Assembly (NCBI RefSeq): GCF_000022265.1
Contig: NC_011979.1
Location: forward strand, 1,440,001 to 1,472,000
From: Geotalea daltonii FRC-32
GTDB taxonomy: Bacteria > Desulfobacterota > Desulfuromonadia > Geobacterales > Geobacteraceae
DNA: 32,000 nucleotides
Direction of reading: 5' to 3'
The position numbers were made by a program, and so were the translations under genes. The notes beneath the pieces were generated by a model that made no database searches, had not been told where the DNA came from, and saw only the letters and a program-made list of their open reading frames with translations. Of this stretch, positions 1-8,542 are shown piece after piece (positions within the stretch are counted from its first letter, which is position 1; every line of letters begins with the position of its first letter).

Positions 1-2
1 TT

Positions 3-923
3 TCCCGCCTGGAACTGCTTATCCTCGACGAAGCTGACCGGATGCTGGACATGGGATTCAGCGAAGACGTAGACAGGATTGCCGCCGCCGCTCCGGCCAA
101 CCGTCAGACATTGCTCTTTACGGCGACCATGGACGATGTCATGGCCAAGCTGGCCCAGAGACTGTTGAAAGATCCGGTACGTATCGAGATCGCCGGCAAG
201 AAAATGACCCATGAGCAGATTGAGCAGCGCCTACATGTGGCCGATAATCTGCAGCACAAGACCCGCATGCTGCAGCACCTCATTGCCGATGGCACCGTTA
301 CCAAGGCTATTATTTTTTCCGCCACCAAGCGGGACGCTGATCTTCTGGCCCGTGACCTTCACGCCCAGGGACATGCCGCCGCCGCCCTCCATGGCGACAT
401 GTCGCAGAATGCACGCAACAAGACCATCCACAACATGCGTCGCGGCAAGATCAGGCTCCTGGTAGCCACCGACGTGGCGGCCCGCGGACTCGACGTCACC
501 GGCATCAGTCACGTCATCAACTTTGACCTGCCCAAGTTCGCCGAGGATTATGTCCACAGGATCGGCAGAACCGGAAGGGCGGGAGCTACCGGAATCGCCA
601 TTTCTTTCGCCTCGTTGAACGACCTGAATTACCTTGATCGGATCGAACGGTACACCGGCCAGACCTTGCCGATGCATGTGATTCCCGGCCTGGAGCCAAC
701 CCGTCCCCTGCGCCGTCTCAGCACTTCAGGGAAGCGCAGCCAGCCCGGAAACGGACGCGGCAAGACTCCCTACGCCGGCAACGGTCGCCGTCAAGGCAAG
801 GATGACACAAAGGGTGGCGGTTTTGCCCAGGCTCGGAAAAGCTCTGCTCCCAGGGCAAGAAGCTCCCAGCCGGTTGTGGAATACCGCAGTCTTAAAACCG
901 GCCGCGATGCGCGGCACTCATAA
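3..923 (+). CDS. DEAD-box ATP-dependent RNA helicase, 5-prime truncated by the window edge (RhlE-like)
   Basis: The frame is open from base 3 and reads ...LILDEADRMLDMGF (DEAD motif). It continues with LLFTATM (motif III position), VATDVAARGLD and HRIGRTGRAG (motif VI), then a basic G/R/K-rich tail. Stop TAA at 921-923. Confidence 0.9.
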   Translation, partial: SRLELLILDEADRMLDMGFSEDVDRIAAAAPANRQTLLFTATMDDVMAKLAQRLLKDPVRIEIAGKKMTHEQIEQRLHVADNLQHKTRMLQHLIADGTVTKAIIFSATKRDADLLARDLHAQGHAAAALHGDMSQNARNKTIHNMRRGKIRLLVATDVAARGLDVTGISHVINFDLPKFAEDYVHRIGRTGRAGATGIAISFASLNDLNYLDRIERYTGQTLPMHVIPGLEPTRPLRRLSTSGKRSQPGNGRGKTPYAGNGRRQGKDDTKGGGFAQARKSSAPRARSSQPVVEYRSLKTGRDARHS

Positions 924-957
924 TGGTGATGTGACCGCTGAATAACATTGGAGCAAC

Positions 958-987
958 GACGCCCGGGCAACCGGGCGTTTTTTTTCT
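958..987 (+). terminator. Rho-independent terminator after the helicase gene
   Basis: ACGCCCGG-GCAA-CCGGGCGT hairpin (959-978) runs directly into a T-run (978-986). Confidence 0.8.
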
Positions 988-995
988 GGCCAATC

Positions 996-1024
996 TTGCC
1001 TAATGAGCCCTAGTTGGGTATTAT
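996..1024 (+). promoter_or_regulatory. Candidate sigma70-type promoter for the flavodiiron gene
   Basis: TTGCCT (996-1001), 17 nt spacer, TATTAT (1019-1024). It lies about 35 nt upstream of ATG 1060. Sequence match only. Confidence 0.35.
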
Positions 1025-1059
1025 TTTTTGACTTCAAATGCATTTACAAGGAGTTGGTA

Positions 1060-2247
1060 ATGGCCGAAATTTTCGAGATCAAGCCTGACATTTTCTGGAT
1101 CGGGGTAAAAGACCCAGAACTGCGCACCTTTGACGACCTCTTCCCCACCGAACACGGTACGACCTATAACTCCTACCTGATCAAGGGGAGGGACAAAATT
1201 GCCGTCGTCGATACTGTCAAGGGGAAAAGGGGTGAGGAGTACCTGGAGAAAGTCAAGCAGCTGGTAGATCCTGCCGATATCGATTATTTCGTCGTCAACC
1301 ACACCGAACCGGATCATTCCGGCTCTCTTGCCTTTATGCTCAAGCATTGTCCAAAGGCAAAGGTGGTCTCAACCCAGGCCGCCCATACCTTTCTCGGTAA
1401 TCTGATCCATAATCCATTCCCCTCGCAGATCGTCAAGAATGGGGAGGTAATCGACCTGGGAGGCAAGCGTCTGCGTTTTCTGGTCGTGCCGTTCCTGCAC
1501 TGGCCGGACACCATGTTCGCCCTGCTTGAGGAGGACGAGGTTATCTTCACCTGTGACGCCTTCGGCTCACATTACTGCGGCTCTTCCATTTTCAATGACG
1601 AACTTCCCGATTTCAGCGCCGACATGCAATTTTACTTCGATACCATCATGCGTCCCTTCAAGGATAAGGCGCTGACGGCTATCGACAAGATGAAAAACGA
1701 GAAGATCGCGGTAATCTGCCCGAGCCACGGCCCTGTGCTGCGCAGCGATCCCTGGAAAACGGTGGGACTTTATGAAAGCTGGTGCCGCCCCGAAGCAGGG
1801 GACAAAAAGATCATCCTTTTTTACATTTCTCCCCATGGCAATACGCAAAAAATGGCGGCCAGCGTGGTTAAGGGAGCGGCGGCAGCCGGTGTTCAGGTTG
1901 ACTGCCGGCATATTAATGAGCTTACGGCAGCAGCGATCCGGGATTTGATGGAAGTTGGGGATGCGCTGATTTTCGGCATTCCCACCATTAACCGGGATGT
2001 GCCGAAGCCCATGTGGGATGTTCTTGCCTATCTTTCCACCGTTCACCTCAAAACCAATATTGCCGCAGTTTTCGGCAGCTACGGCTGGAGTGGCGAGGCC
2101 TGCCGTCTGGCCGAAGAAAGGCTCAAGGGGCTCAACTTTAAACTGCCGGTACCCTTTGTCAGGGCACCGTTCACACCCCGGGCCGAGGCGCTGGAGCAGT
2201 GCGAGGCACTGGGACGTGCTATTGCCGAGGAAGTGCTGAAGAAATAG
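1060..2247 (+). CDS. fprA: Flavodiiron protein (FprA / A-type flavoprotein: metallo-beta-lactamase-like diiron domain plus flavodoxin-like domain)
   Basis: NHTEPDHSG (HxExDH diiron motif) lies in the N-terminal half. The C-terminal half has a flavodoxin-like segment, KKIILFYISPHGNTQKMA. AAGGAG lies 6-7 nt before ATG 1060, so I prefer this start over the longer ORF start at 1003. Confidence 0.85.
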   Translation: MAEIFEIKPDIFWIGVKDPELRTFDDLFPTEHGTTYNSYLIKGRDKIAVVDTVKGKRGEEYLEKVKQLVDPADIDYFVVNHTEPDHSGSLAFMLKHCPKAKVVSTQAAHTFLGNLIHNPFPSQIVKNGEVIDLGGKRLRFLVVPFLHWPDTMFALLEEDEVIFTCDAFGSHYCGSSIFNDELPDFSADMQFYFDTIMRPFKDKALTAIDKMKNEKIAVICPSHGPVLRSDPWKTVGLYESWCRPEAGDKKIILFYISPHGNTQKMAASVVKGAAAAGVQVDCRHINELTAAAIRDLMEVGDALIFGIPTINRDVPKPMWDVLAYLSTVHLKTNIAAVFGSYGWSGEACRLAEERLKGLNFKLPVPFVRAPFTPRAEALEQCEALGRAIAEEVLKK

Positions 2248-2267
2248 TTTCAACCCATGTACAGTTA

Positions 2268-2306
2268 AAAAGCCGGAAAGCCGTCATGAATTTCCGGCTT
2301 TTTTGC
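2268..2306 (+). terminator. Rho-independent terminator after fprA
   Basis: AGCCGGAAA (2271-2279) pairs with TTTCCGGCT (2291-2299) and is followed by a T-run. Confidence 0.75.
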
Positions 2307-2367
2307 GTCCCTGTTTTCGGATATTCAATTTGACACGGTCCCTTGCCGGTCCCATAATGTCGTCATC

Positions 2368-4632
2368 ATGACAGAGCACCACGCCTTGAAAATCATAGAA
2401 GTTGCAGTACCGCTCCCCCTAGATGCCACCTTTCATTACGGAGTGCCGCCGGAGCTGGTTTGTCGGATGAAAACGGGGGTGCGGGTGCTGATCCCCTTCG
2501 GCAGGCGCAAGATCACCGGCTATATGATCGGCAATGTGCCGGAGAGTGCTGAAAAAATCAGGGATATTATCGACGTTCTCGACGAGGAGCCGCTCTTTAC
2601 GGAAAAGGAGCTGGATTTCCTGCGCTGGAGCGCCGGCTATTATTTCCATCCACTGGGGGAAGTGATCAAGGCGGCACTGCCTGCCGGTATCAATCTTGCC
2701 AGTCGGACACGCAGTGTGGAAACGGCAGACGGAACACTGAGCAGGGAAGAAGTGCTCAAGGGGGGACGAACGGTAAAAAGGGAGACCTTTTACCGGGCAC
2801 TACCTGATGTCGAATTGCCGGTTAACCTGCGTGGCAAGGGGTTGCGTCTGCTGGAATATCTTCGCCGGGTTGACGAAGCGCCGGCAGGGCTGCTTCGCCG
2901 TGAGTTCGCTGCCACAACGGCCAATTTCCACCGTCTGCAGGAACTGGGGCTGGTTGAGTTCTCCGAGCGTGAAATCTACCGTGATCCGTTCCGGGAAGAG
3001 GTCTTCACCCACGATGCGCCGCTGGTACTCAACTTCCATCAGGCCGCGGCCCTTGAACAACTGACTGCTGCCGGGATCAAAGAGCAGTTCGCCCCTTTTC
3101 TCCTCCATGGCGTAACCGGCAGCGGTAAGACAGAAGTCTATCTGCAGGCCATTGCCCAGGTGCTGGAAAGGGGGCGAACCGCCCTGGTCCTGGTGCCGGA
3201 GATTGCTCTCACACCGCAGCTGGTAAGGAGGTTCAAGAGCCGTTTTCGTTGCGGCATTGCCGTTTTGCACAGTGGTCTCTCCGATGGTGAGCGCTATGAC
3301 GAGTGGCGGAGGATCAGGCGCCGGGAGGTTTCCATCGTCATCGGAGCCCGTTCCGCCTTGTTTGCCCCCCTCTCCCACATGGGAATCATCGTTGTCGATG
3401 AAGAACACGAATCCTCCTATAAGCAGTCGGAAGGCTTCCATTACAATGCCAGGGACCTGGCACTGGTTCGGGGCAAGATGGAGGGAGCGGTCGTGGTTCT
3501 CGGGTCGGCAACCCCCCTGGTAACTACCTACCATGCGGTACAGCAGGGGAAAATCGGCTATCTTCAGCTTCCCGAAAGGGTCCGTAATCTGCCGATGCCG
3601 GGAACCGAGCTGCTGGATGCCCGCGGCCGGAAAGGCGCCACCTTCCTGCCGGAGTTGATCAAAGCGATCGGCGACAACCTGGCAGCTGGCGGGCAGACGC
3701 TTCTCTTCCTCAATCGTCGCGGTTTTGCCACCTATCTGGTCTGCGAGGAATGCGGCACCGTGCTCAGCTGCCCCAATTGTTCGGTCACCCTTACCTACCA
3801 TCGCCGCCGCGAGCGCCACTTCTGCCACTATTGCGATTACTCCATTCCCGCCCCGTCCGTCTGCCCCAAGTGCGACAGCCAGTCCATCGCCCTGCTGGGG
3901 CGAGGAACTGAGCGGGTCGAAGAAGAGGTGCGGGAAATTTACGTCGATGCCAGAATCGGCCGCATGGACCGTGATACCACCACCGGCCGTGGCGGGCATG
4001 CCCGGGTGTTGAAGGGGCTTGAAAACGGCACCATCGATATTCTGGTCGGCACCCAGATGATCGCCAAGGGGCATGATTTCCCCGGAGTGACGCTGGTGGG
4101 GGTAATATCAGCAGATGCCACCCTAAATATCCCCGATTTTCGCAGCAGTGAGAGAACCTACCAGCTGATCAGCCAGGTGATGGGACGTGCCGGGCGCGGT
4201 GACGCACCGGGGAGAGTCCTGATACAGACCCTCAACCCGGAACATTATGCCATAACCCGCGCTGTTGCCCATGATTTCGCCGGTTTCTACGGCGATGAAA
4301 TCATCTTCCGCCGGGAGACTGGTTATCCTCCATTTGCTTACCTGGCGGTGCTGGTATTCTCGGGGAATTCTGCCCCGGAGGTGGAGAAGGGGGCGACGAC
4401 AGCAGCAGCATTACTGCATCGTCTGAAGAGGGAAGCCAAAAGCAGGGTGGAGATACTGGGGCCTGTTTCATCACCCCTGGCCATGATCCGCGGCCGCTAT
4501 CGGCGGCAGATCCTTCTCAAGTCAGGGCAACGCCCGGAGTTGCACCGCATGATCGCCCGGTTCAGGGGGCAGGTCAAGCTGCCGGCGGTGGTGAGGATAG
4601 CAATCGATATTGATCCGCTGGATATGCTGTAG
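2368..4632 (+). CDS. priA: Primosomal protein N-prime, replication restart helicase PriA
   Basis: Walker A HGVTGSGKTEVY and DEEH box VVDEEHE. Four CxxC pairs form the Zn-binding insert (CEECG, CPNCS, CHYCD, CPKCD). The 754 aa length is typical. Confidence 0.92.
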   Translation: MTEHHALKIIEVAVPLPLDATFHYGVPPELVCRMKTGVRVLIPFGRRKITGYMIGNVPESAEKIRDIIDVLDEEPLFTEKELDFLRWSAGYYFHPLGEVIKAALPAGINLASRTRSVETADGTLSREEVLKGGRTVKRETFYRALPDVELPVNLRGKGLRLLEYLRRVDEAPAGLLRREFAATTANFHRLQELGLVEFSEREIYRDPFREEVFTHDAPLVLNFHQAAALEQLTAAGIKEQFAPFLLHGVTGSGKTEVYLQAIAQVLERGRTALVLVPEIALTPQLVRRFKSRFRCGIAVLHSGLSDGERYDEWRRIRRREVSIVIGARSALFAPLSHMGIIVVDEEHESSYKQSEGFHYNARDLALVRGKMEGAVVVLGSATPLVTTYHAVQQGKIGYLQLPERVRNLPMPGTELLDARGRKGATFLPELIKAIGDNLAAGGQTLLFLNRRGFATYLVCEECGTVLSCPNCSVTLTYHRRRERHFCHYCDYSIPAPSVCPKCDSQSIALLGRGTERVEEEVREIYVDARIGRMDRDTTTGRGGHARVLKGLENGTIDILVGTQMIAKGHDFPGVTLVGVISADATLNIPDFRSSERTYQLISQVMGRAGRGDAPGRVLIQTLNPEHYAITRAVAHDFAGFYGDEIIFRRETGYPPFAYLAVLVFSGNSAPEVEKGATTAAALLHRLKREAKSRVEILGPVSSPLAMIRGRYRRQILLKSGQRPELHRMIARFRGQVKLPAVVRIAIDIDPLDML

Positions 4633-4742
4633 CAGGATTGCTTTCTGGAGACTGAAATGGAAACAGGGAGAGATTTAATAGCCTTCTCTGGCGAATTTGA
4701 CGGCAAACGGCGCAAGCGGGTACTTGTGAAGATCATTGGCGG

Positions 4743-5585
4743 ATGACCATGCTGACCAGAACCTTCTGTCATATCCCCGGGGTCAGCACCGCCATGGAAA
4801 AGCAGCTGTGGTTGCAGGGCATCCATTCATGGGACGCATTCCACGCCCAGACCAGGCCGGTTTTTTCTCTGACCAGAAATCATGCAGCTCTCCTATCCCT
4901 GGACGAGTCGGAAAAGTGTCTGCTGCAGCCGGATCCAGGCTACTTCAGCAAGTTGCTGCCGGCCAGGCTTCACTGGAGGCTGTTTCCCAGTTTTCGCGAT
5001 GGCACTGCCTATCTTGATATAGAGACCAGCGGTCTTTCCCGTCACAGAGACATCATCACCACCGTCGCACTTTACGATGGAAAAGAGGTGCGCTATTACA
5101 TACACGGACAAAACCTCGCTGACTTTCGGGAGGATGTCGCCAAGTATCAGGTGCTTGTCACCTACAACGGTAAGGCCTTCGACATCCCGTTCCTGGAGCA
5201 TTACCTGGATATGTCCCTGCCCCAGTCCCACATCGACCTGATGCATGTGCTGCGCAGTCTCGGTTTCAAGGGGGGGCTCAAAGGATGCGAGAAGCAGTTG
5301 GGTCTGGTTCGCGAGGGACTGGATGGTGTCGATGGTTCCTTTGCTGTGCGTCTGTGGCGTGATTATGCCGTCAACGGGAATACTAAGGCACTGGAAACCC
5401 TGCTGGCCTATAACATGGCTGATGCAGTCAATCTGGAGACCCTTATGGTAGAGGCCTACAACTTGAAACTGAAGGAGACCCCTTTCTTCGACAGCCTGAG
5501 GCTCGATCTGCCAAAGCGGCCACAACTGTCATTCTCTCCCGACTGTGCTACAATAGAACGGCTGAAAAATTGTTCCTACCCATAA
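4743..5585 (+). CDS. RNase H-fold (DEDD-like) predicted exonuclease, COG3359/YprB-like
   Basis: AYLDIETSGL (exo motif I-like D-x-E) and VTYNGKAFDIPFLE (motif II-like). The N-terminal TFCHIPGVSTAMEKQLW helix-hairpin-like segment is as I recall for this family. ATG 4749 is an alternative start. Confidence 0.6.
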   Translation: MTMLTRTFCHIPGVSTAMEKQLWLQGIHSWDAFHAQTRPVFSLTRNHAALLSLDESEKCLLQPDPGYFSKLLPARLHWRLFPSFRDGTAYLDIETSGLSRHRDIITTVALYDGKEVRYYIHGQNLADFREDVAKYQVLVTYNGKAFDIPFLEHYLDMSLPQSHIDLMHVLRSLGFKGGLKGCEKQLGLVREGLDGVDGSFAVRLWRDYAVNGNTKALETLLAYNMADAVNLETLMVEAYNLKLKETPFFDSLRLDLPKRPQLSFSPDCATIERLKNCSYP

Positions 5586-5610
5586 CCGATGCGGGCAGCC
5601 AGGTGATTTC

Positions 5611-6864
5611 ATGGCAGTTTTATGGCCAAAACCATTCCGTTACTTCAGCGATGTCAGGCTGTTCCTCCTCATCCTGTGCATCATTCTTTCGCTTTTTGTC
5701 GTTGTCGTCTCCTTTTTCCTCTATGAAAGAACCGGCAATCTTCTGCTTCAGCGGGTCCGGGAGCAGGCCCTTGCCTATGCAGACCTTATCGACCACACCA
5801 AAATGTGGAACTATGACTATGGCGGCGTATATGTGGAGAAAAGGAAGGGGGTCGAGTCAAACGATTACCTTCTGAGGATCGGGGTAAAACCGGATTTGAA
5901 GACTACAGACCGCAGGACCCTGACCCTTCGCAACCATGCCATAATGATCAAGGAAATCTCTGTTCGTAGCGAGCAGCAGGATGGACCAAGCTTTCGCATC
6001 GTCAGTGCCCATCCCCTGGACCCTGCCAATACTCCGGATGCCATTGAAATGACGGCCCTCCGCAAATTCGGACAGGGGGATCGTGAAATGTCGCAGCTGG
6101 TGATGCAGAATCCTTCAGGCCCCATTTACCGTTACCTGCTCCCCCTCCATGCCGATAAATCCTGCCTGGAATGTCATGCCACCAGGATCGGCGATGTCAT
6201 GGGCGCTCTCAGCATAACGCTGACCATCTCCGAACTGGTCCGCCAGACCCATCTCAGCCAGCTGCTGATAGTGCTGGCGGCAATCCTGATTATCGGCTTG
6301 GTGGTAGGCATCACCTATTTCCTCACCTGGCGTCTAGTCATAAACCTGGACGAGGCCCAGCAGCGTTTGAAACGACTGGCCTCCACCGACGAATTGACCG
6401 GTCTGAGAAACCGGCGGCACATCATGGGGCGGCTGGAAGAGGAATTCGAGCGCTCTAACCGCCTGGGCGAGCCGCTCTGCATCATTATGCTCGACCTGGA
6501 TCTCTTCAAGAAGATCAACGATACCTGGGGACATCCCTTTGGCGACCATGTGCTGAAATGGGTGGCCAACCGCATGAATGAGGTGGTGCGGGCCTATGAC
6601 GTGGTCGGCAGGATCGGCGGCGAGGAATTTCTCATCATTTCGCCAAGTACGACCCTTGGTGAGGCGGTCGTCCTTGCCGAACGACTGCGGGAAACCATAG
6701 AGCAGGAAACCATCAATCATGGCGGGACGGTCATCCCCCTTACTATCAGCGCCGGAATAGCCCTCATGGGCAAAGCCGACATCAACAGCGACGATCTGAT
6801 CCGCCGCGCCGATGCAGCCCTCTACCGGGCCAAGCAGGCAGGGCGCAACCGTGTCGTGGTGTGA
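5611..6864 (+). CDS. Diguanylate cyclase (GGDEF) with an N-terminal membrane-anchored heme-c (CxxCH) sensor domain, DUF3365/Tll0287-like
   Basis: A TM segment (FLLILCIILSLFVVVVSFF) precedes an extracytoplasmic region carrying CLECH (nt 6163-6177). A second TM follows, then DELTGLRNRR ... GRIGGEEFLI (GGEEF active site). Confidence 0.85.
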   Translation: MAVLWPKPFRYFSDVRLFLLILCIILSLFVVVVSFFLYERTGNLLLQRVREQALAYADLIDHTKMWNYDYGGVYVEKRKGVESNDYLLRIGVKPDLKTTDRRTLTLRNHAIMIKEISVRSEQQDGPSFRIVSAHPLDPANTPDAIEMTALRKFGQGDREMSQLVMQNPSGPIYRYLLPLHADKSCLECHATRIGDVMGALSITLTISELVRQTHLSQLLIVLAAILIIGLVVGITYFLTWRLVINLDEAQQRLKRLASTDELTGLRNRRHIMGRLEEEFERSNRLGEPLCIIMLDLDLFKKINDTWGHPFGDHVLKWVANRMNEVVRAYDVVGRIGGEEFLIISPSTTLGEAVVLAERLRETIEQETINHGGTVIPLTISAGIALMGKADINSDDLIRRADAALYRAKQAGRNRVVV

Positions 6865-6879
6865 AAAATTCCCCAGCAG

Positions 6880-7395
6880 CTAATCCCTGTTCCAGAACAC
6901 GCGGACAAAGTTTTCATCATGGCCCCACCGGTAGCGAAGGTCTCCACTATGGGCCTTATGGATTTCCCGCCCCAGTTTCTGGGCCAGCTTGTCTTCCGTT
7001 GTCGTTATTGAAATCTCATCCTGTTCCTGCTTTATCTCCATGATGCGCCCCAGTGGGTTTTTTGCCCGTGAATGCGCTTCCGTATTTCTTATTGCATCCA
7101 TAATCGAGGCCTTATGTTTTTTCAAATAATGGCCCGAAAGCGTTACGACCGCGGCCGGGGTGCCTTGCTCTATCATCAGGCAGGCGGGGCATTTTACCTT
7201 CTGAATGGCAGTATCGCCACCAGCCTTTTGCAATTCTGAGTCGTTCATGTACCAGCGTTTATTGTGGTATAACGCACCGCAGATGGTGCAGAGAGCATCC
7301 TGTTTTGGCTGAATGTAAGCCTGGGGGTTGCGCCCGGCTCTTTGCCCTTTCTCCTCGACGCTGATGCGACGATTCACTTCTCCGGAGACTGCCAT
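6880..7395 (-). CDS. Conserved hypothetical Zn-ribbon protein (CxxC...CxxC; NMD3-like/BCAM0308-type by recollection only)
   Basis: CTICG ... CPACL cysteine pairs. A strong AGGAGG lies 7-8 nt upstream of ATG 7395. It converges on the GGDEF gene with a 15-nt gap. Confidence 0.6.
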   Translation of the reverse strand: MAVSGEVNRRISVEEKGQRAGRNPQAYIQPKQDALCTICGALYHNKRWYMNDSELQKAGGDTAIQKVKCPACLMIEQGTPAAVVTLSGHYLKKHKASIMDAIRNTEAHSRAKNPLGRIMEIKQEQDEISITTTEDKLAQKLGREIHKAHSGDLRYRWGHDENFVRVFWNRD

Positions 7396-7530
7396 AGGAA
7401 TTACCTCCTTTATTGTTGGAGTACCTTAAGTATAGCACCCCCTGTTGTTATTGCCAGAGTGAGAGGGGGGTGGGTTTGGACGGGTATCCCGTTTCAAAAG
7501 GGGGGGCAGCAAAGGAGGATCGATATGAAA

Positions 7531-7571
7531 AGAGACCGCCCCCTCGTGTCGGGAACGGCCTCTTTTTTTTT
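7531..7571. terminator. Bidirectional-looking terminator hairpin (A4-stem-T9)
   Basis: AGAGACC...GGCCTCT outer stem and CCC/GGG inner stem. T9 follows on the plus strand (7563-7571) and TTTT on the minus strand. It lies just downstream of the minus-strand small ORF 7593-7754. Confidence 0.5.
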
Positions 7572-7592
7572 GCCGGTGGGAACGGATTAGGC

Positions 7593-7754
7593 CTATCTGC
7601 GTTTATAAGTCCGGGAGTATACCCTGGCGTAGCGCAGGTACCAGCGATATTTGTCGCTGAGCATGGTGATCAGGCTGAAGCCCATGATGAGAATGAAGAA
7701 GGACCAGAAGATGAGGACACTGATAATCTTGGGTGCTGCAGGTTCGTAAAACAT
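7593..7754 (-). CDS. Small (53 aa) hydrophobic membrane protein, below the ORF-track cutoff
   Basis: My own translation is MFYEPAAPKIISVLIFWSFFILIMGFSLITMLSDKYRWYLRYARVYSRTYKRR*. GGAGGGGG lies about 8 nt upstream of the ATG (7754). It has one clear TM helix followed by a basic tail. Confidence 0.45.
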   Translation of the reverse strand: MFYEPAAPKIISVLIFWSFFILIMGFSLITMLSDKYRWYLRYARVYSRTYKRR

Positions 7755-7870
7755 ATTTATTCACCCCCTCCTGGTATTAAAAAGCTGTCCGAAAACCAAC
7801 CTGTCTTGATGCTAATACAGATCGGTTCGATTTGGCAAACACTTTAATTAGAAAAGTGTCTTTGCCGGTC

Positions 7871-8422
7871 TTACAGCCGGGAAAAATAGAAAAGACCGGT
7901 GGCCAGGCAGCCATAGAGCAACAGTCCCGCCGGGTTGGAGCAGGCGACCTTCAGGTCCTTCGTGGAGGGGACAGCGCTGTAGCAAAAAAGATAGACGGCA
8001 GCATAGAGGAGGATGGTGTGGAGCGTGTCGGCGGGAAACCAGGCGAACCAGTGGCGGTACAGGTACCAGGCGATGACGATCAGGCCAAGGGGCGCCAGGG
8101 CGGTCGGCACTGTGGAAAAAATGCCGGCATTGCCGAAAGAAACGGAGCCGAGCACCCAGAGCCGGCTAGAAGAGCCGTCGGCAATGGTGCCGTATTGACG
8201 GCGCGGGATGATGCTCAAGCCGTGGGGCCTGCCGCCGGTGATGAAGGCGACGACAAAATGGGCCAACTCATGGAGAATGGTGCCGGGCAGAGCGAAAAGT
8301 ATCAGCCAGAAAGAGCCGGCCCGGCCGACACGCTCCTGCATTGTGGCAAGAAAGATCGTCAGCAGGATACCGGTAAAATGGTTGGTCTGCGGATCGTTGG
8401 CAAGCATGGGTCCCCCGTGCAC
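7871..8422 (-). CDS. Polytopic membrane protein with an HExxH zinc-metalloprotease motif (M50B/site-2-protease-like)
   Basis: LHELAHFVVAFITGG (HELAH) sits within or next to a TM segment, and several more hydrophobic helices follow. The overlapping plus-strand ORF (7832-8470) is G/A/R-rich low complexity, typical of an antisense frame. An imperfect hairpin at 7834-7866 follows the stop. Confidence 0.65.
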   Translation of the reverse strand: MHGGPMLANDPQTNHFTGILLTIFLATMQERVGRAGSFWLILFALPGTILHELAHFVVAFITGGRPHGLSIIPRRQYGTIADGSSSRLWVLGSVSFGNAGIFSTVPTALAPLGLIVIAWYLYRHWFAWFPADTLHTILLYAAVYLFCYSAVPSTKDLKVACSNPAGLLLYGCLATGLFYFSRL

Positions 8423-8488
8423 CGCAGAGAATATATCAATTCAATCGGGGGCGCAACAGCCGAATCCTGATATCCGTCTGCCCCGGAG

Positions 8489-8517
8489 TTGCCGTTTTTG
8501 CCTGCGTCTGCTATAAC
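8489..8517 (+). promoter_or_regulatory. Candidate sigma70-type promoter for gltB
   Basis: TTGCCG (8489-8494), 17 nt spacer, TATAAC (8512-8517). Sequence match only. Confidence 0.3.
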
Positions 8518-8542
8518 TTAACACCATCCATGGCTGGGCATC

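Noticed and set aside
1567-2253. 228-aa minus-strand ORF
   Set aside because: It is antisense to the flavodiiron gene and has no motifs.
2800-4074. 424-aa minus-strand ORF
   Set aside because: It lies entirely antisense to priA, which has unmistakable helicase and Zn-finger motifs. Its translation is G/A/P/R-rich low complexity, typical of a shadow ORF in GC-rich DNA.
7413-7847. 144-aa plus-strand ORF spanning the gene-poor region
   Set aside because: It has no SD and an implausible composition. It runs through a terminator hairpin with a T9 tract and through the better-supported minus-strand 53-aa ORF.
7832-8470. 212-aa plus-strand ORF
   Set aside because: It competes with the minus-strand membrane protein 7871-8422. 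The plus-strand product is G/A/R/D-rich low complexity, while the minus-strand product has coherent TM helices and HExxH.
8526-8542. Possible sigma54 promoter TGGCTGGGCATCATGC upstream of gltB
   Set aside because: The GG-to-GC spacing is one nt off the TGGCAC-N5-TTGC consensus, and the site abuts or overlaps the candidate start codon.
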